63,017 bases of DNA, from the NCBI GenBank assembly GCA_041739675.1, contig JBGSNL010000037.1, forward strand, positions 1-63,017, written 5' to 3'. The number at the start of each line of letters is the position of its first letter. The first letter of the stretch is position 1. This document shows, one piece after another, positions 45,249-54,565 of this stretch. A model generated the notes under the pieces. The model made no database searches, was not told the DNA's origin, and saw nothing but the letters and a program-made list of their open reading frames with translations. Position numbers and translations under genes: made by a program. Source of the stretch: a bacterium (lineage in GTDB: Bacteria; UBA10199; 2-02-FULL-44-16; DYJF01).

Positions 45249-46757
45249 ATGGGTAGCGAAGGAGTTCGTGCGGCGGAACCAGGTCCCGAAAATTTCATGT
45301 ACCTGCCTTGGGCCGATGTGGACAGACAGACATCAAGGCGATTGCCTGTGCCACCTGCCAGATATGACGCCGAAATTTCAAACGCGTACAAGTCAACGTG
45401 CGGCGGCAACAACCTGCCGGCAAATATCTACGCCGCGTATGCGGGTTCCTTCAGAGATGGTCCTTTCAGAAAAGGCGCCTGGGGTAGACGGATGTCATAT
45501 GCTCGGGATGCTCTCGGCGGGAATGGAGCTCAGTGGGCCCAGGCGGATTTTACGACATGGTTGGATGGCGGCAGAAGATGTGAAGAGGGATCGCCCGGTT
45601 ATAACAGATTCGTTCTTACGCAGAGGGCATTTGCAGGCGTAAGTTCGTCGGTGAGTCGCCATGTTCAGGAAAGTATGAGGTTAGCTACTCAGTCCATGCT
45701 GGACACGCGTCTTTTTCATTATAGCCGCAGGCGAAATCGGATATTGTTCGACGGATCGGTTCTTAACATGCATCAGGAGAAAGGCTGGTTGACCAGCGAC
45801 AGAAGGCTGAGAAACAGGCTGGCCGACCGCGGCGGTTTTGAGGAATTGATGTCGCGAAACAGTTATGGTTTCTACAGGAACCGCGAGGGCGATGATTTAG
45901 TGCTAGGCGACAATTACATTTTATGGGGCACGTTTAGTCCGGCTGTATCGTTTGCGGCGCAGTTTGTAAAAGGAGAAGACAACCGCCAGACGGTGAGTGG
46001 ACAGGCACTTGTAATACGAAATGGGCAAGGCATATGGCATCCGGTTGTCGAACACGCGGGTGACGTCCTCGCTTACTTGCGCGAACTCGAAACGAGGGAG
46101 ACGCCCATATCTGAAAAACCGCTGTCCTTAAGCGAGGTGCTGGGCAGGTACGGCTACCTGTATTTGGGCAATGGCAGCGGCAAGAAAGCAGGCGAGACTT
46201 TCAAACGCGCTGCAATGACATACGAGAGTGTGGGTAGAATATGGAGCATGGATGAAATAGGTGTATCCGGCGGCGTCGCTATCACAAATAGACTATGGTA
46301 CAGGGCCGCGGAGCAATATTATCTCGCTTCGGCGGTATATGTGGCTATGGGCGAGTTCAGCTCCGCAGGAGGGATGCTTCACGACATGACGAGATGCCTT
46401 ATAATGGCGGGCATTGAGTATTCCGACAAGGTTCAAAAGATCGAGACGGCTGTTGCGAAACTCGGCAGCAATCACAACGGTAGAAATAGTGCGCCTCCTC
46501 GTGCTGGCGGAGGACAAGCCGTGGCCGGCGGTTCATCAGTTACGGGATTGGCAGAAACCGGCGAAACAAGCTCCGGTGCGGCGTCGGGTGCCAGCCCGTA
46601 CTCAAGGGCGCTGCCTGTCACGCCGCAGGGAAGGCTTGCGCGAGCGGCAGGATTTTTCATATCGCGTTCGCGGGTAATGGCTCAATATCGGGCACCGCGA
46701 CATGCGTGGTTGTCGGGCGCCATTCTCTTCAATCCAAAATTGGCGTTGGCGCGTTGA
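45249..46757 (+). CDS. hypothetical protein
   Basis: Long ORF with SD AGGAGG; possible TPR-like helices near the C-terminus and a G/S/A-rich tail; no family recognised. Confidence 0.6.
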   Translation: MGSEGVRAAEPGPENFMYLPWADVDRQTSRRLPVPPARYDAEISNAYKSTCGGNNLPANIYAAYAGSFRDGPFRKGAWGRRMSYARDALGGNGAQWAQADFTTWLDGGRRCEEGSPGYNRFVLTQRAFAGVSSSVSRHVQESMRLATQSMLDTRLFHYSRRRNRILFDGSVLNMHQEKGWLTSDRRLRNRLADRGGFEELMSRNSYGFYRNREGDDLVLGDNYILWGTFSPAVSFAAQFVKGEDNRQTVSGQALVIRNGQGIWHPVVEHAGDVLAYLRELETRETPISEKPLSLSEVLGRYGYLYLGNGSGKKAGETFKRAAMTYESVGRIWSMDEIGVSGGVAITNRLWYRAAEQYYLASAVYVAMGEFSSAGGMLHDMTRCLIMAGIEYSDKVQKIETAVAKLGSNHNGRNSAPPRAGGGQAVAGGSSVTGLAETGETSSGAASGASPYSRALPVTPQGRLARAAGFFISRSRVMAQYRAPRHAWLSGAILFNPKLALAR

Positions 46758-46844
46758 TTTTAGAGCGGAATTAGCTTCAACTTTTTTGAAGACGTCCGTC
46801 TGAAAAGTGCTATAGTGTGCCCGCTTGAGAATGGAGGTGAAGTC

Positions 46845-47024
46845 ATGACGAACATCCTTGGTTTTTTCAGGCCCGGCTTGGGCGAGCTTTTGATCATCCT
46901 TGCCATCGTGATTATCATATTCGGAGCGGGCAGACTTCCTAAAATTGCAGAGTCATTGGGCGAAGCAATTAAAAATTTCAGAAAATCGACAAAAGAAGAA
47001 GAGACAAAAACGCCGGAGAATTAA
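46845..47024 (+). CDS. tatA: twin-arginine translocase TatA
   Basis: [32 protein letters not shown]. Confidence 0.92.
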   Translation: MTNILGFFRPGLGELLIILAIVIIIFGAGRLPKIAESLGEAIKNFRKSTKEEETKTPEN

Positions 47025-47026
47025 AA

Positions 47027-47179
47027 GTGTTTGATATAGGTCTCGGCGAATTATTGATTGTGGGCCTTGTCGCGTTCCTGTTTCTTGGTCCTGAACGCTT
47101 GAAAAAATTCTTTTCAGAGCTGGGCGGGTGGCTGAAAAAGATCGAGGCCCAGTGGACCGCCGCAAAAAAGGAACTCTAG
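47027..47179 (+). CDS. tatB: short TatB
   Basis: Not in the ORF track; manual translation (GTG start) MFDIGLGELLIVGLVAFLFLGPERLKKFFSELGGWLKKIEAQWTAAKKEL, between tatA and tatC. Confidence 0.8.
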   Translation: MFDIGLGELLIVGLVAFLFLGPERLKKFFSELGGWLKKIEAQWTAAKKEL

Positions 47180-47189
47180 TGGTTCCAAT

Positions 47190-47918
47190 ATGGAACACGA
47201 TCCGCACACAATGTCTGTCACAGGTCACGTCGCGGAGCTTCGAGGAAGACTTCTTAAAATTGCGATTATATTGACGGCCGGTACCGTCGCGGCCGCAGCA
47301 TATTCAAAAGAAATTTTTGTTTTGCTTCAAAGACCCCTCAATTACGCGCTGCCGGAGTCGGCGCGCTTTATCGCGCTGTCCCCTTTGGAAGGATGGATCG
47401 TTTATATCAAAATAGCTTTCGTGGCGGCGATCTTTGCAACCGCACCTTTGTGGTTTTATCAGATCTGGGCGTTTGCCGCCCCGGCGCTTGTCAAAAAAGA
47501 GCAAAAGAGTGTTTTTGCAGCAAGTATCGCTTCGGCCCTCTGTTTTGTAGCCGGCGGACTCTTCGGTTATTTTGCGGTTTTGCCGACGGGTTTCCATTAT
47601 CTCGTGGCGATCTACGACAAAACCAATGTTGCATTGTATCCGCAGATGAACTGGTATCTTTCCTTCATTCTCCGGGCGCTGTTTGCGTTCGGCATTGTTT
47701 TCGAAACTCCTATCATTCTCGTGTTGCTTTCGCGTTTCGGGGTAGTTTCCGTAACGCAGCTGCGCCGGGCGAGGCGCTATGTCATTGTGGGTATTTTTAT
47801 TTTTTCAGCCGTTATCACACCGGGGCCCGACGTTTTCTCGCAAATAGCGGTTGCCGTGCCGCTTGTTCTTTTTTACGAAATTGGGATCGTAGCAGCACAG
47901 TTGTGTATTCGCCGTTAA
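47190..47918 (+). CDS. tatC: twin-arginine translocase TatC
   Basis: HVAELRGRL, YQIWAFAAPAL, FGIVFETP, ITPGPD. Confidence 0.94.
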   Translation: MEHDPHTMSVTGHVAELRGRLLKIAIILTAGTVAAAAYSKEIFVLLQRPLNYALPESARFIALSPLEGWIVYIKIAFVAAIFATAPLWFYQIWAFAAPALVKKEQKSVFAASIASALCFVAGGLFGYFAVLPTGFHYLVAIYDKTNVALYPQMNWYLSFILRALFAFGIVFETPIILVLLSRFGVVSVTQLRRARRYVIVGIFIFSAVITPGPDVFSQIAVAVPLVLFYEIGIVAAQLCIRR

Positions 47919-47936
47919 TTTGGTATGAAGGCCGAT

Positions 47937-49592
47937 ATGTCAAAACAACTCGTTATCACACTGAACGGTAAAAAAATAACGGCTGCGGTCGGGACGCCCA
48001 TCTTCGACATTCTGGATCAGAGTCCGCACACGGGCCCATTCCCTGCGATAGGAGCGATAGTCAACGGCAGGCCCGACGGTCTCTACTATGAGCTCAAGTC
48101 CGATGCGACGATTGAAACGATCGATCTGTCGCGCCGCGAAGGGATGGATATCTACAGGCGCACGGCAACGGTCATTCTTTGCGCGGCTCTCAAAGAGATT
48201 GATCCGCACGCCAATTTGACCGTGGGGCAATCGATATCGGACGGCTATTTTTTCGAGATACATCATCATCCTATGTCGCTTGAACTTTCGGGCCATCTTG
48301 AAAGCAAGATGCGCGAATTCGTAGCGGCCGACATCTCCCTGAAAAGGGAATGGACGATCATCGAAGAGGCTATCCAGATCATGGAGCAGGAGAACCAGAA
48401 GGACAAGGTGATGCTCCTCGATCAATACCGCCGCTCGGAGATTCCTCTCATCAGAATAGGGAAATATCACGGGATCGCATACGGCCCGGTGGCCCATCGC
48501 ACGTCCACGATCAACACTTTCAGGCTCCATCCCTATGAGCACGGTATAATTCTGGGTTTTCCGGACTCTCACGGGAAGTTGGCGGAGTTCATACCACCCC
48601 AGCCGAAACTATTTTCGACATACGTGGAAACGAAAAGGTGGTACGAGCTCATTGGCGCCTCCAACGTGGCGCAGCTAAATGATCACTGTGTGAAGAGCAC
48701 GATATCCGATCTCGTTAAAGTGGCCGAGGCGCTTCACGAGAAAAAAATTTCCGCCATCGCCGATGAAATTGCCTCAAGAAAAAACGTCCGCATGATCCTG
48801 ATCGCAGGTCCTTCGGGTTCCGGCAAGACCACTTTTACAAAGAGGCTTGCGATCCAACTTAAACTTCACGGTCTCGAACCTGTGTCACTTTCGCTCGACA
48901 GTTACTACGTTGACAGAGAGAAGACGCCGAAGCACCCGGACGGATCGTTTAATTTCGAATGTCTCGAGGCGCTGGACATAGATCTTCTAAACGAAAACTT
49001 GAAGCATCTCATGGCGGGCGAGTTGGTGGATGCCCCATGCTACAATTTCCCGCTGGGCAGACGCGATCCTGGAAGAACGATCCCTTTGAAACTGGGAAAA
49101 CATCAGGTGCTCATAACGGAGGGGATCCACGGTCTGAACGACTCTCTCTCTCCTGCAATTCCAAGGGAGAATAAATTCAAGATATATGTCTCGGCGCTGA
49201 CGCAGCTTTCACTTGACGATCACAACCGCGTTTTCACGACCGACACGCGTCTCGTGAGAAGGATAGTGAGGGATCGCCTTTTCAGAGGATCGAACGCCGC
49301 TGACACGATAGCGATCTGGCCAAGCGTTCGCATGGGCGAGGCGCACTACATCTTCCCCTATCAGGAAGACGCGGACGTGATTTTCAACTCGGCGCTCGCC
49401 TATGAGCCGGCCCTTTTGAAACCCTTTGTCGAAAGATTCTTATCGGAGGTTCCGCGGAGCCATCCGTCCTATATGCAGACCGGTAGGCTTTTGAGATTTT
49501 TTGCGTTTATCATACCTATACTACCTGCGGAGGTCCCGCACACATCTATTCTGAGGGAATTCATAGGGGGTTCGGCGTTCAGATACACCTAG
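47937..49592 (+). CDS. nucleoside (uridine) kinase with N-terminal TGS/ThrRS-like domains
   Basis: GMDIYRRT, IAGPSGSGKTT, LDSYY, EGIHGLN, RRIVRD. Confidence 0.85.
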   Translation: MSKQLVITLNGKKITAAVGTPIFDILDQSPHTGPFPAIGAIVNGRPDGLYYELKSDATIETIDLSRREGMDIYRRTATVILCAALKEIDPHANLTVGQSISDGYFFEIHHHPMSLELSGHLESKMREFVAADISLKREWTIIEEAIQIMEQENQKDKVMLLDQYRRSEIPLIRIGKYHGIAYGPVAHRTSTINTFRLHPYEHGIILGFPDSHGKLAEFIPPQPKLFSTYVETKRWYELIGASNVAQLNDHCVKSTISDLVKVAEALHEKKISAIADEIASRKNVRMILIAGPSGSGKTTFTKRLAIQLKLHGLEPVSLSLDSYYVDREKTPKHPDGSFNFECLEALDIDLLNENLKHLMAGELVDAPCYNFPLGRRDPGRTIPLKLGKHQVLITEGIHGLNDSLSPAIPRENKFKIYVSALTQLSLDDHNRVFTTDTRLVRRIVRDRLFRGSNAADTIAIWPSVRMGEAHYIFPYQEDADVIFNSALAYEPALLKPFVERFLSEVPRSHPSYMQTGRLLRFFAFIIPILPAEVPHTSILREFIGGSAFRYT

Positions 49593-50848
49593 TTTGACGC
49601 GACCACTTCCCTGAGAATGTTCAAATAGGGAATCCGCTGGTTGTATTGCGCCAGATATAAAGGATCGTAAGTCTTAATTTTTTCCACAAACTTTACGGTT
49701 ATGGTTCCCCACCTCGTTTCGGGGATTTTGAGAAGCCTCAGGTACAATTTCAGTTCGTCGTAGAAATTGTCGTCAAAAATGACGTAGCGCGCTTTATAGA
49801 GATCTTCCAATTGCCACCTGTTGCGCATGGGATCGTAGGTCTGTGTCATGACATCGTATTGCCAGCTCAAGCTTTTAAGCTTTTCGAACGCTTCGATAAT
49901 ATAATCGTCGATACGGAGCTCCACATCGATGAAATTATCGTAAGGACCCATATTCTCAATGCGTTCCCTGAAATCGCTTGTGACATTCCACATATTCTCG
50001 ATTGTGAGAAGGGTAATCCTTCTCTCCTTAAAATCGGTCCATGTGTATCTTGATATCTCCTGAAGGCGAGCATTGTAATATTGAATAAGCGGCAAAAACC
50101 AGTCACGGTCCCTGGCCGTCGAACTCGTGTGACGCTCCGGAAAAGAGGTGCGCCTTTCGTAGCACATATAGTTGTAATGCTCTTCGGGTCCTTGCGTAGG
50201 CGGACCTCCGAAACGGTCTTCGGGAGGCGGCCTCCAATGTTCATTAATCAATTGCATTGCACCATCCACGGTTGCAACTTCGTAAGGATAATAATTTTGC
50301 CAACCCCCCTTTTGGAAGACCAAAGAGCCCAGAAGGTGGAATGCTGCATGATCGCCGGCATCAAACGGAATAAGAGTCGTATCGTATACGACAATAGAGC
50401 CGTAAATATTTTTGCTGCAGGAAGCCTCTTGAAAATCTCGTTTCAGATAATAACGAAACTCGCTCGTGTCCACGTATCTGCCTTGAACGCCCTGGTAGCC
50501 TTCAGCGGTGAGAACCGTCTGGTAGCAATTGGGGCCTACAACATCATCGCGCACCCCGTTTCTGGCGGTGACGATCTTGGGTAAAAAATCGGTTACACGA
50601 TATACGCGTGTATTTTCAAAAACGTCTGTACCGGCCGGCGGGTCATTGATTGGCTGTGGTGTATAGTTGGAATTATGAAACCAATCCCTTATGCGCGAAA
50701 TATCGTTCTGTGGGGATTGGCTTCGCGGAATTGCGACATAATAATCACCCGAACCTTGCGATGCGCAAAAGGTGAATTGATTATTAGAGCTGCAGGTGTA
50801 TTGCAGCGGTGTTTGCTGGGCGCCAGAGGATGTGACTGGCTCTGTCAT
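49589..50848 (-). CDS. hypothetical protein with a possible papain-like Cys-His dyad
   Basis: GPNCYQ...GSIVVY...HAAFHL..LVFQKGG; SD GGGAGG. Confidence 0.6.
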   Translation of the reverse strand: MTEPVTSSGAQQTPLQYTCSSNNQFTFCASQGSGDYYVAIPRSQSPQNDISRIRDWFHNSNYTPQPINDPPAGTDVFENTRVYRVTDFLPKIVTARNGVRDDVVGPNCYQTVLTAEGYQGVQGRYVDTSEFRYYLKRDFQEASCSKNIYGSIVVYDTTLIPFDAGDHAAFHLLGSLVFQKGGWQNYYPYEVATVDGAMQLINEHWRPPPEDRFGGPPTQGPEEHYNYMCYERRTSFPERHTSSTARDRDWFLPLIQYYNARLQEISRYTWTDFKERRITLLTIENMWNVTSDFRERIENMGPYDNFIDVELRIDDYIIEAFEKLKSLSWQYDVMTQTYDPMRNRWQLEDLYKARYVIFDDNFYDELKLYLRLLKIPETRWGTITVKFVEKIKTYDPLYLAQYNQRIPYLNILREVVASN

Positions 50849-50861
50849 GCCACCCTCCCTA

Positions 50862-50886
50862 GCCCGCCGATGCTTTAGTGGCGGGC
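50862..50886 (-). repeat. SD-adjacent hairpin motif, copy 3
   Basis: Minus strand GCCCGCC-actaaagcatc-GGCGGGC followed by TAGGGAGGG and ATG 50848. Confidence 0.75.
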
Positions 50887-50933
50887 CTTAAACCCCCGCA
50901 AAAGCTTATCTAATGCGGTCTTCAAAGTCTAGG

Positions 50934-51416
50934 TTATTTTTTGCGCTGTCTGGTTTTGGGAGGTCTTACCATTCTGATCTTGACGCGGATTCCGTAATCG
51001 AAGGGTCTCAAAAGCGGGATGTCAAACGATAATATCCTCTGTGTGTCGAGATCTTCCGGGAATTCCGATTTTATCTCCTGCGCCCACTCAAAACAGGTCA
51101 AAATCTCGCCTATGACATAGTCAAAGTATTTTTTATCATCCATGTTGGCGGACGGAATCCTGGTGGAGCGCTCCGCCAGGAGCGTGGCGAGAGTGGAGCA
51201 GAAACGTCCCTCGTCGGCCGCGGAAAGTTTTAAAAAATGATCTATCAGGAGACGCTGAACGATGATCCTCAAATCATGGACGGCGTCGCTCAAGACATCT
51301 ATCGATTTCTGAAGCTGTCTTTCGGTCAAATAAAACTCAAACATCTCGAGGAGATTTTTGACCTCGCCGTTTACGATAGGACTTATAAGCGCGATTTTTG
51401 GATGTTCCTGTTTCAT
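50934..51416 (-). CDS. hypothetical protein
   Basis: Helical 160-aa ORF; ATG 51416 chosen because an extended -10 (TGaTATTGT) lies 7 nt upstream. Confidence 0.6.
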   Translation of the reverse strand: MKQEHPKIALISPIVNGEVKNLLEMFEFYLTERQLQKSIDVLSDAVHDLRIIVQRLLIDHFLKLSAADEGRFCSTLATLLAERSTRIPSANMDDKKYFDYVIGEILTCFEWAQEIKSEFPEDLDTQRILSFDIPLLRPFDYGIRVKIRMVRPPKTRQRKK

Positions 51417-51521
51417 ATTTTTAACAATATCAAAACCGAAAGACATGGCAAGGGCGCAAAAGGGCCCGGAGACTTTTTTGAAGTCGCCGGGCCCGCCCAT
51501 CGCAGAGAAGGACCTTGTCCG

Positions 51522-51887
51522 CTAGAAGGCCTTCACTGGTGTGCCAGGAGCTTTTGTAGCCGCAGGCTGCTGCGCCGCCCCGGCGTTGGCGGTCGTGGGT
51601 CCTGAAACGACCACGTAAGGCTGAAGCGTTGCGATCTGCTTGTCGCCTATTCCCTTCACCTCTTTGAGATCATCCGGTTTTTGGAACGGGTGGTCCTTCC
51701 GGTAATCCATTATCGCCTGTGCTTTTGATGGCCCGACTCCGGGGAGCATCGTGAGCTCGGCGAGCGAAGCGGTGTTTACGTTCACGACACCTGTAATCGT
51801 CTTTTTTCCCTTCGCAGTCGCCAGCCCGCACGCGAGAATGAGACCTACAACAACTGCCGCTGTCAGAAATCTTTTTGCACTCTTCAT
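51522..51887 (-). CDS. comEA: competence protein ComEA (helix-hairpin-helix)
   Basis: Signal peptide; VNVNTASLAELTMLPGVGPSKAQAI..F..DL.EVKGIG. Confidence 0.9.
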   Translation of the reverse strand: MKSAKRFLTAAVVVGLILACGLATAKGKKTITGVVNVNTASLAELTMLPGVGPSKAQAIMDYRKDHPFQKPDDLKEVKGIGDKQIATLQPYVVVSGPTTANAGAAQQPAATKAPGTPVKAF

Positions 51888-51888
51888 T

Positions 51889-52080
51889 TTAATCCTCCTT
51901 GGATTGTTTTGAGACCCTTCTGTCGCGTATCTGGATCTTTCCGTCCTTCGGGAACGCGTCCAAAAACACGTTGATAGAGCCGTCTTTGTTTGTGAAGGCC
52001 GTGCCGACCTTCGTCCAGTACGATTTGCCGTCCTTGCCTTCCGTGATCTGGAAGGCGTCCTTCGGGGTATTGTCACCCAT
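51889..52080 (-). CDS. small conserved-looking hypothetical protein, possibly nucleic-acid binding
   Basis: 63 aa, KSYWTKVGTAFTNKDGSINVFLDAFP..GKIQIR; SD AGGAGG; stop 1 nt before the comEA ATG. Confidence 0.75.
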   Translation of the reverse strand: MGDNTPKDAFQITEGKDGKSYWTKVGTAFTNKDGSINVFLDAFPKDGKIQIRDRRVSKQSKED

Positions 52081-52094
52081 GATAAGACCTCCTT

Positions 52095-52117
52095 GCCCGC
52101 TACGTTTTTTGGCGGGC
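52095..52117 (-). repeat. SD-adjacent hairpin motif, copy 4
   Basis: Minus strand GCCCGC-caaaaaacgta-GCGGGC followed by AAGGAGG and ATG 52080. Confidence 0.72.
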
Positions 52118-52151
52118 TTTTGATTTACGATCGATCGTCAGGCAACTACAT

Positions 52152-52168
52152 AAGCAAGCGGCGTGCCA
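52152..52168 (-). promoter_or_regulatory. sigma54 (-24/-12) promoter
   Basis: Minus strand TGGCACGCCGCTTGCTT matches TGGCAC-N5-TTGC. Confidence 0.8.
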
Positions 52169-52255
52169 CGCGGCTCGCGTCTATAAAGGATAAAAGGACC
52201 GAATCTGGTTATGGGGAGTGAATGATTTTCGGACACACTGTACGAAAATGCTGCA

Positions 52256-53227
52256 CTACTCGCTTCGTTCCACCGTGTAATCGGCGAGTGCCATGAGGGC
52301 ATCGCGCTCGATGGAAGGCTTGAAGACTGAAAGGGAGGCCTTTGCCTTATCGATATAGCGTCTGGCAAGGGAAGATGTCTCTTCGATGCCGCCGTAGCGG
52401 GTGACTATATCGACTATTATTTTGAACTGATCTTTTGATATCTGGCCGGTCATCATCGCCTCGCGTATGAGGCTCGCCTCTTCGGGCGTGGCCTGTTTGA
52501 GGGATAAAATGACAGGGAGCGTGAGTTTTCCCTCGCGCAGATCGGCGCCCGATTCTTTTCCAAGACGGTCGTCGTCCGAAATATAATCGAGAACGTCGTC
52601 TTTCAACTGAAACGCTATGCCCAGATTGAAGCCGAACTCCTCGAGCGCGGCCTCGAATTTTTCGGATAAATTCTGCATGATTGCCGCGCCCTGCCCGCAG
52701 ATTCCGAAAAGCGCCGCAGTTTTTCCCTCTATTATCTTCCTATATGTTGCCTCATCGACCGTTATGTCGTTGAGCCTTGTGATCTCCAATATTTCGCCCT
52801 CTGTTATCGCGGTTATGGCCTTTGTCACCACCTTTGAAAGACGGTCTGAACCGTGGTTGAGGAAAAATTCGGAGGCCTTGCACCAGAGGAAATCGCCCAC
52901 GAGCACTGAGACGTGGTTTCCCCATTTGACCTTCGCCGAAGGTTTGCCTCGCCTTAAAGATGCGTTATCGACGACGTCGTCATGGAGAAGACTTGCCGTG
53001 TGAATGAGCTCTATTGCTGCGGCAAGATAGGGGAGGCGGTTGTCGTTGCGGCCGGCGAGCGCAGCCGACAGGAGAAAAATGGCCGGTCTTATCCTTTTTC
53101 CCCCGTTTTGCGTGACGTAACGCGCAGCCTGCGTGACAAGCGACACGTCCGACTTGAGATGGGCGGCGAAAATGTTTTCAACCTCGGCCATCTGCGGTGC
53201 AATCGGCATCAGGAGTTGATCGAGCAT
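52256..53227 (-). CDS. ispB: polyprenyl diphosphate synthase (IspB-like)
   Basis: GGKRIRP, LLHDDVVD..RRG, FQLKDDVLD, DLREGKLTLP. Confidence 0.9.
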   Translation of the reverse strand: MLDQLLMPIAPQMAEVENIFAAHLKSDVSLVTQAARYVTQNGGKRIRPAIFLLSAALAGRNDNRLPYLAAAIELIHTASLLHDDVVDNASLRRGKPSAKVKWGNHVSVLVGDFLWCKASEFFLNHGSDRLSKVVTKAITAITEGEILEITRLNDITVDEATYRKIIEGKTAALFGICGQGAAIMQNLSEKFEAALEEFGFNLGIAFQLKDDVLDYISDDDRLGKESGADLREGKLTLPVILSLKQATPEEASLIREAMMTGQISKDQFKIIVDIVTRYGGIEETSSLARRYIDKAKASLSVFKPSIERDALMALADYTVERSE

Positions 53228-53291
53228 GATTCAGGTGTATGGCCCATCCGCTTTCTTGTCAATAAAGATAAGGTATGTTATCAGACAAGAT

Positions 53292-54020
53292 ATGCGCGGA
53301 TGCTTGGTTGTCCATGGCTTGACGGGAACCCCCCTGACAGTCACGTCGATGAGAGAGGCCCTTCTGGCAAAGGGGTTCCACGTCTCGTCTCCCTGTCTTG
53401 CGGGCCACTCAGGGACGGTTGACGATCTGGCGCGTTCAACGTGGCGCGATTGGTATGAGACGGTTCGCATCGCATACACGGAGCTCAGAAAATCGGTAGA
53501 GAAGGTCTATTATGTCGGGATGTCTTTGGGCGCGCTGTTGGGTCTGAAGCTTGCCATCGATGAGGGGTGGGGAATTCGCGCGATGGCGCTAATGGGCACC
53601 CCTCTTGTCTTAACGCGGCTTGAGCGTTTCGCCGTTCCGCTTGTCCGTTACACGCCCCTCAAATTTGCGCTCCATTCGATTGCAAAGGATTACAAAAAAA
53701 GCGTCGGCGATCCGGAAGGAAGGGTCATCTACAAGGCGGCGAGCCTTCCACGGATACCGGTCGAGTCGGTGTACGAACTCGTCAATCTTCAAAAAGATCT
53801 TAGAAAAAATCTCAAATTCGTGACGAACCCTATCCTCCTTGTCCATGCAAGGGAAGACAAGGTGGCGCCCCCAGCGAACGTCGATATTGTGAAAAGAAAC
53901 GTCGCCTCGGATGTCGTTGAAACGATGTATCTTGAAAATTCGGAACATGTTATAACAATGGACCGGGAGAAAGATCTCGCGGCTCAAAAGGTTGTGGAGT
54001 TTTTCGAAAAGTTCGGTTAA
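53292..54020 (+). CDS. alpha/beta-hydrolase carboxylesterase
   Basis: VHGLTG, GMSLG nucleophile elbow, EDKVA, SEHVIT. Confidence 0.88.
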   Translation: MRGCLVVHGLTGTPLTVTSMREALLAKGFHVSSPCLAGHSGTVDDLARSTWRDWYETVRIAYTELRKSVEKVYYVGMSLGALLGLKLAIDEGWGIRAMALMGTPLVLTRLERFAVPLVRYTPLKFALHSIAKDYKKSVGDPEGRVIYKAASLPRIPVESVYELVNLQKDLRKNLKFVTNPILLVHAREDKVAPPANVDIVKRNVASDVVETMYLENSEHVITMDREKDLAAQKVVEFFEKFG

Positions 54021-54043
54021 AAATGCAGACATGGAGGGATAGT

Positions 54044-54565
54044 ATGAAAAAATTGATCGTCGCTATTATCGTAGGGTTTCTTGTCGCTTCGATGGGCCTT
54101 CCTGCAAAGGCGATTTCAGCGGAGAGGAAGGGAAGTTTCAGGGTGGGTCTTTATGCGCCGGGCCTCTTCGTGGGCAATAAACACATAGATGCGATGGCTT
54201 CATTCGGTCTAGACGGCGAATATTATTTTCTGGAGAACCTATCCGCAAACTTCAGGATCGAGGAGGCCACGGATTTCACAATGGGCGATCCGCCTCATTC
54301 GGTTTTGAACTTTGTCGCCCGCGCCCGGTACGTCTTTGACATCGGCACTTCGGGAAGATGGGCCGCGTATATTCAGGGCGGCGGCGGCGGAGCTATCATC
54401 GGATCGAGCCACGGCGCGGGGGATCTCTCAATTCCGGGCGGCGGTTTCTGGTATCAGTGGAACGATCATTGGTCGTTCGGCGCGGATGCCAACTTGCATG
54501 TTCTCATAAGGGATGAGACGGCGATCGCGTTCGATGTCACGCCGGTTGTAAGATATCAATTCTGA
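54044..54565 (+). CDS. small outer-membrane beta-barrel protein
   Basis: Signal peptide, amphipathic strands, C-terminal RYQF. Confidence 0.7.
   Translation: MKKLIVAIIVGFLVASMGLPAKAISAERKGSFRVGLYAPGLFVGNKHIDAMASFGLDGEYYFLENLSANFRIEEATDFTMGDPPHSVLNFVARARYVFDIGTSGRWAAYIQGGGGGAIIGSSHGAGDLSIPGGGFWYQWNDHWSFGADANLHVLIRDETAIAFDVTPVVRYQF

Noticed and set aside
37090-46800. Integrative element or prophage at tRNA-Asn
   Set aside because: No integrase, transposase or phage gene and no duplicated tRNA 3' end (att) was found.
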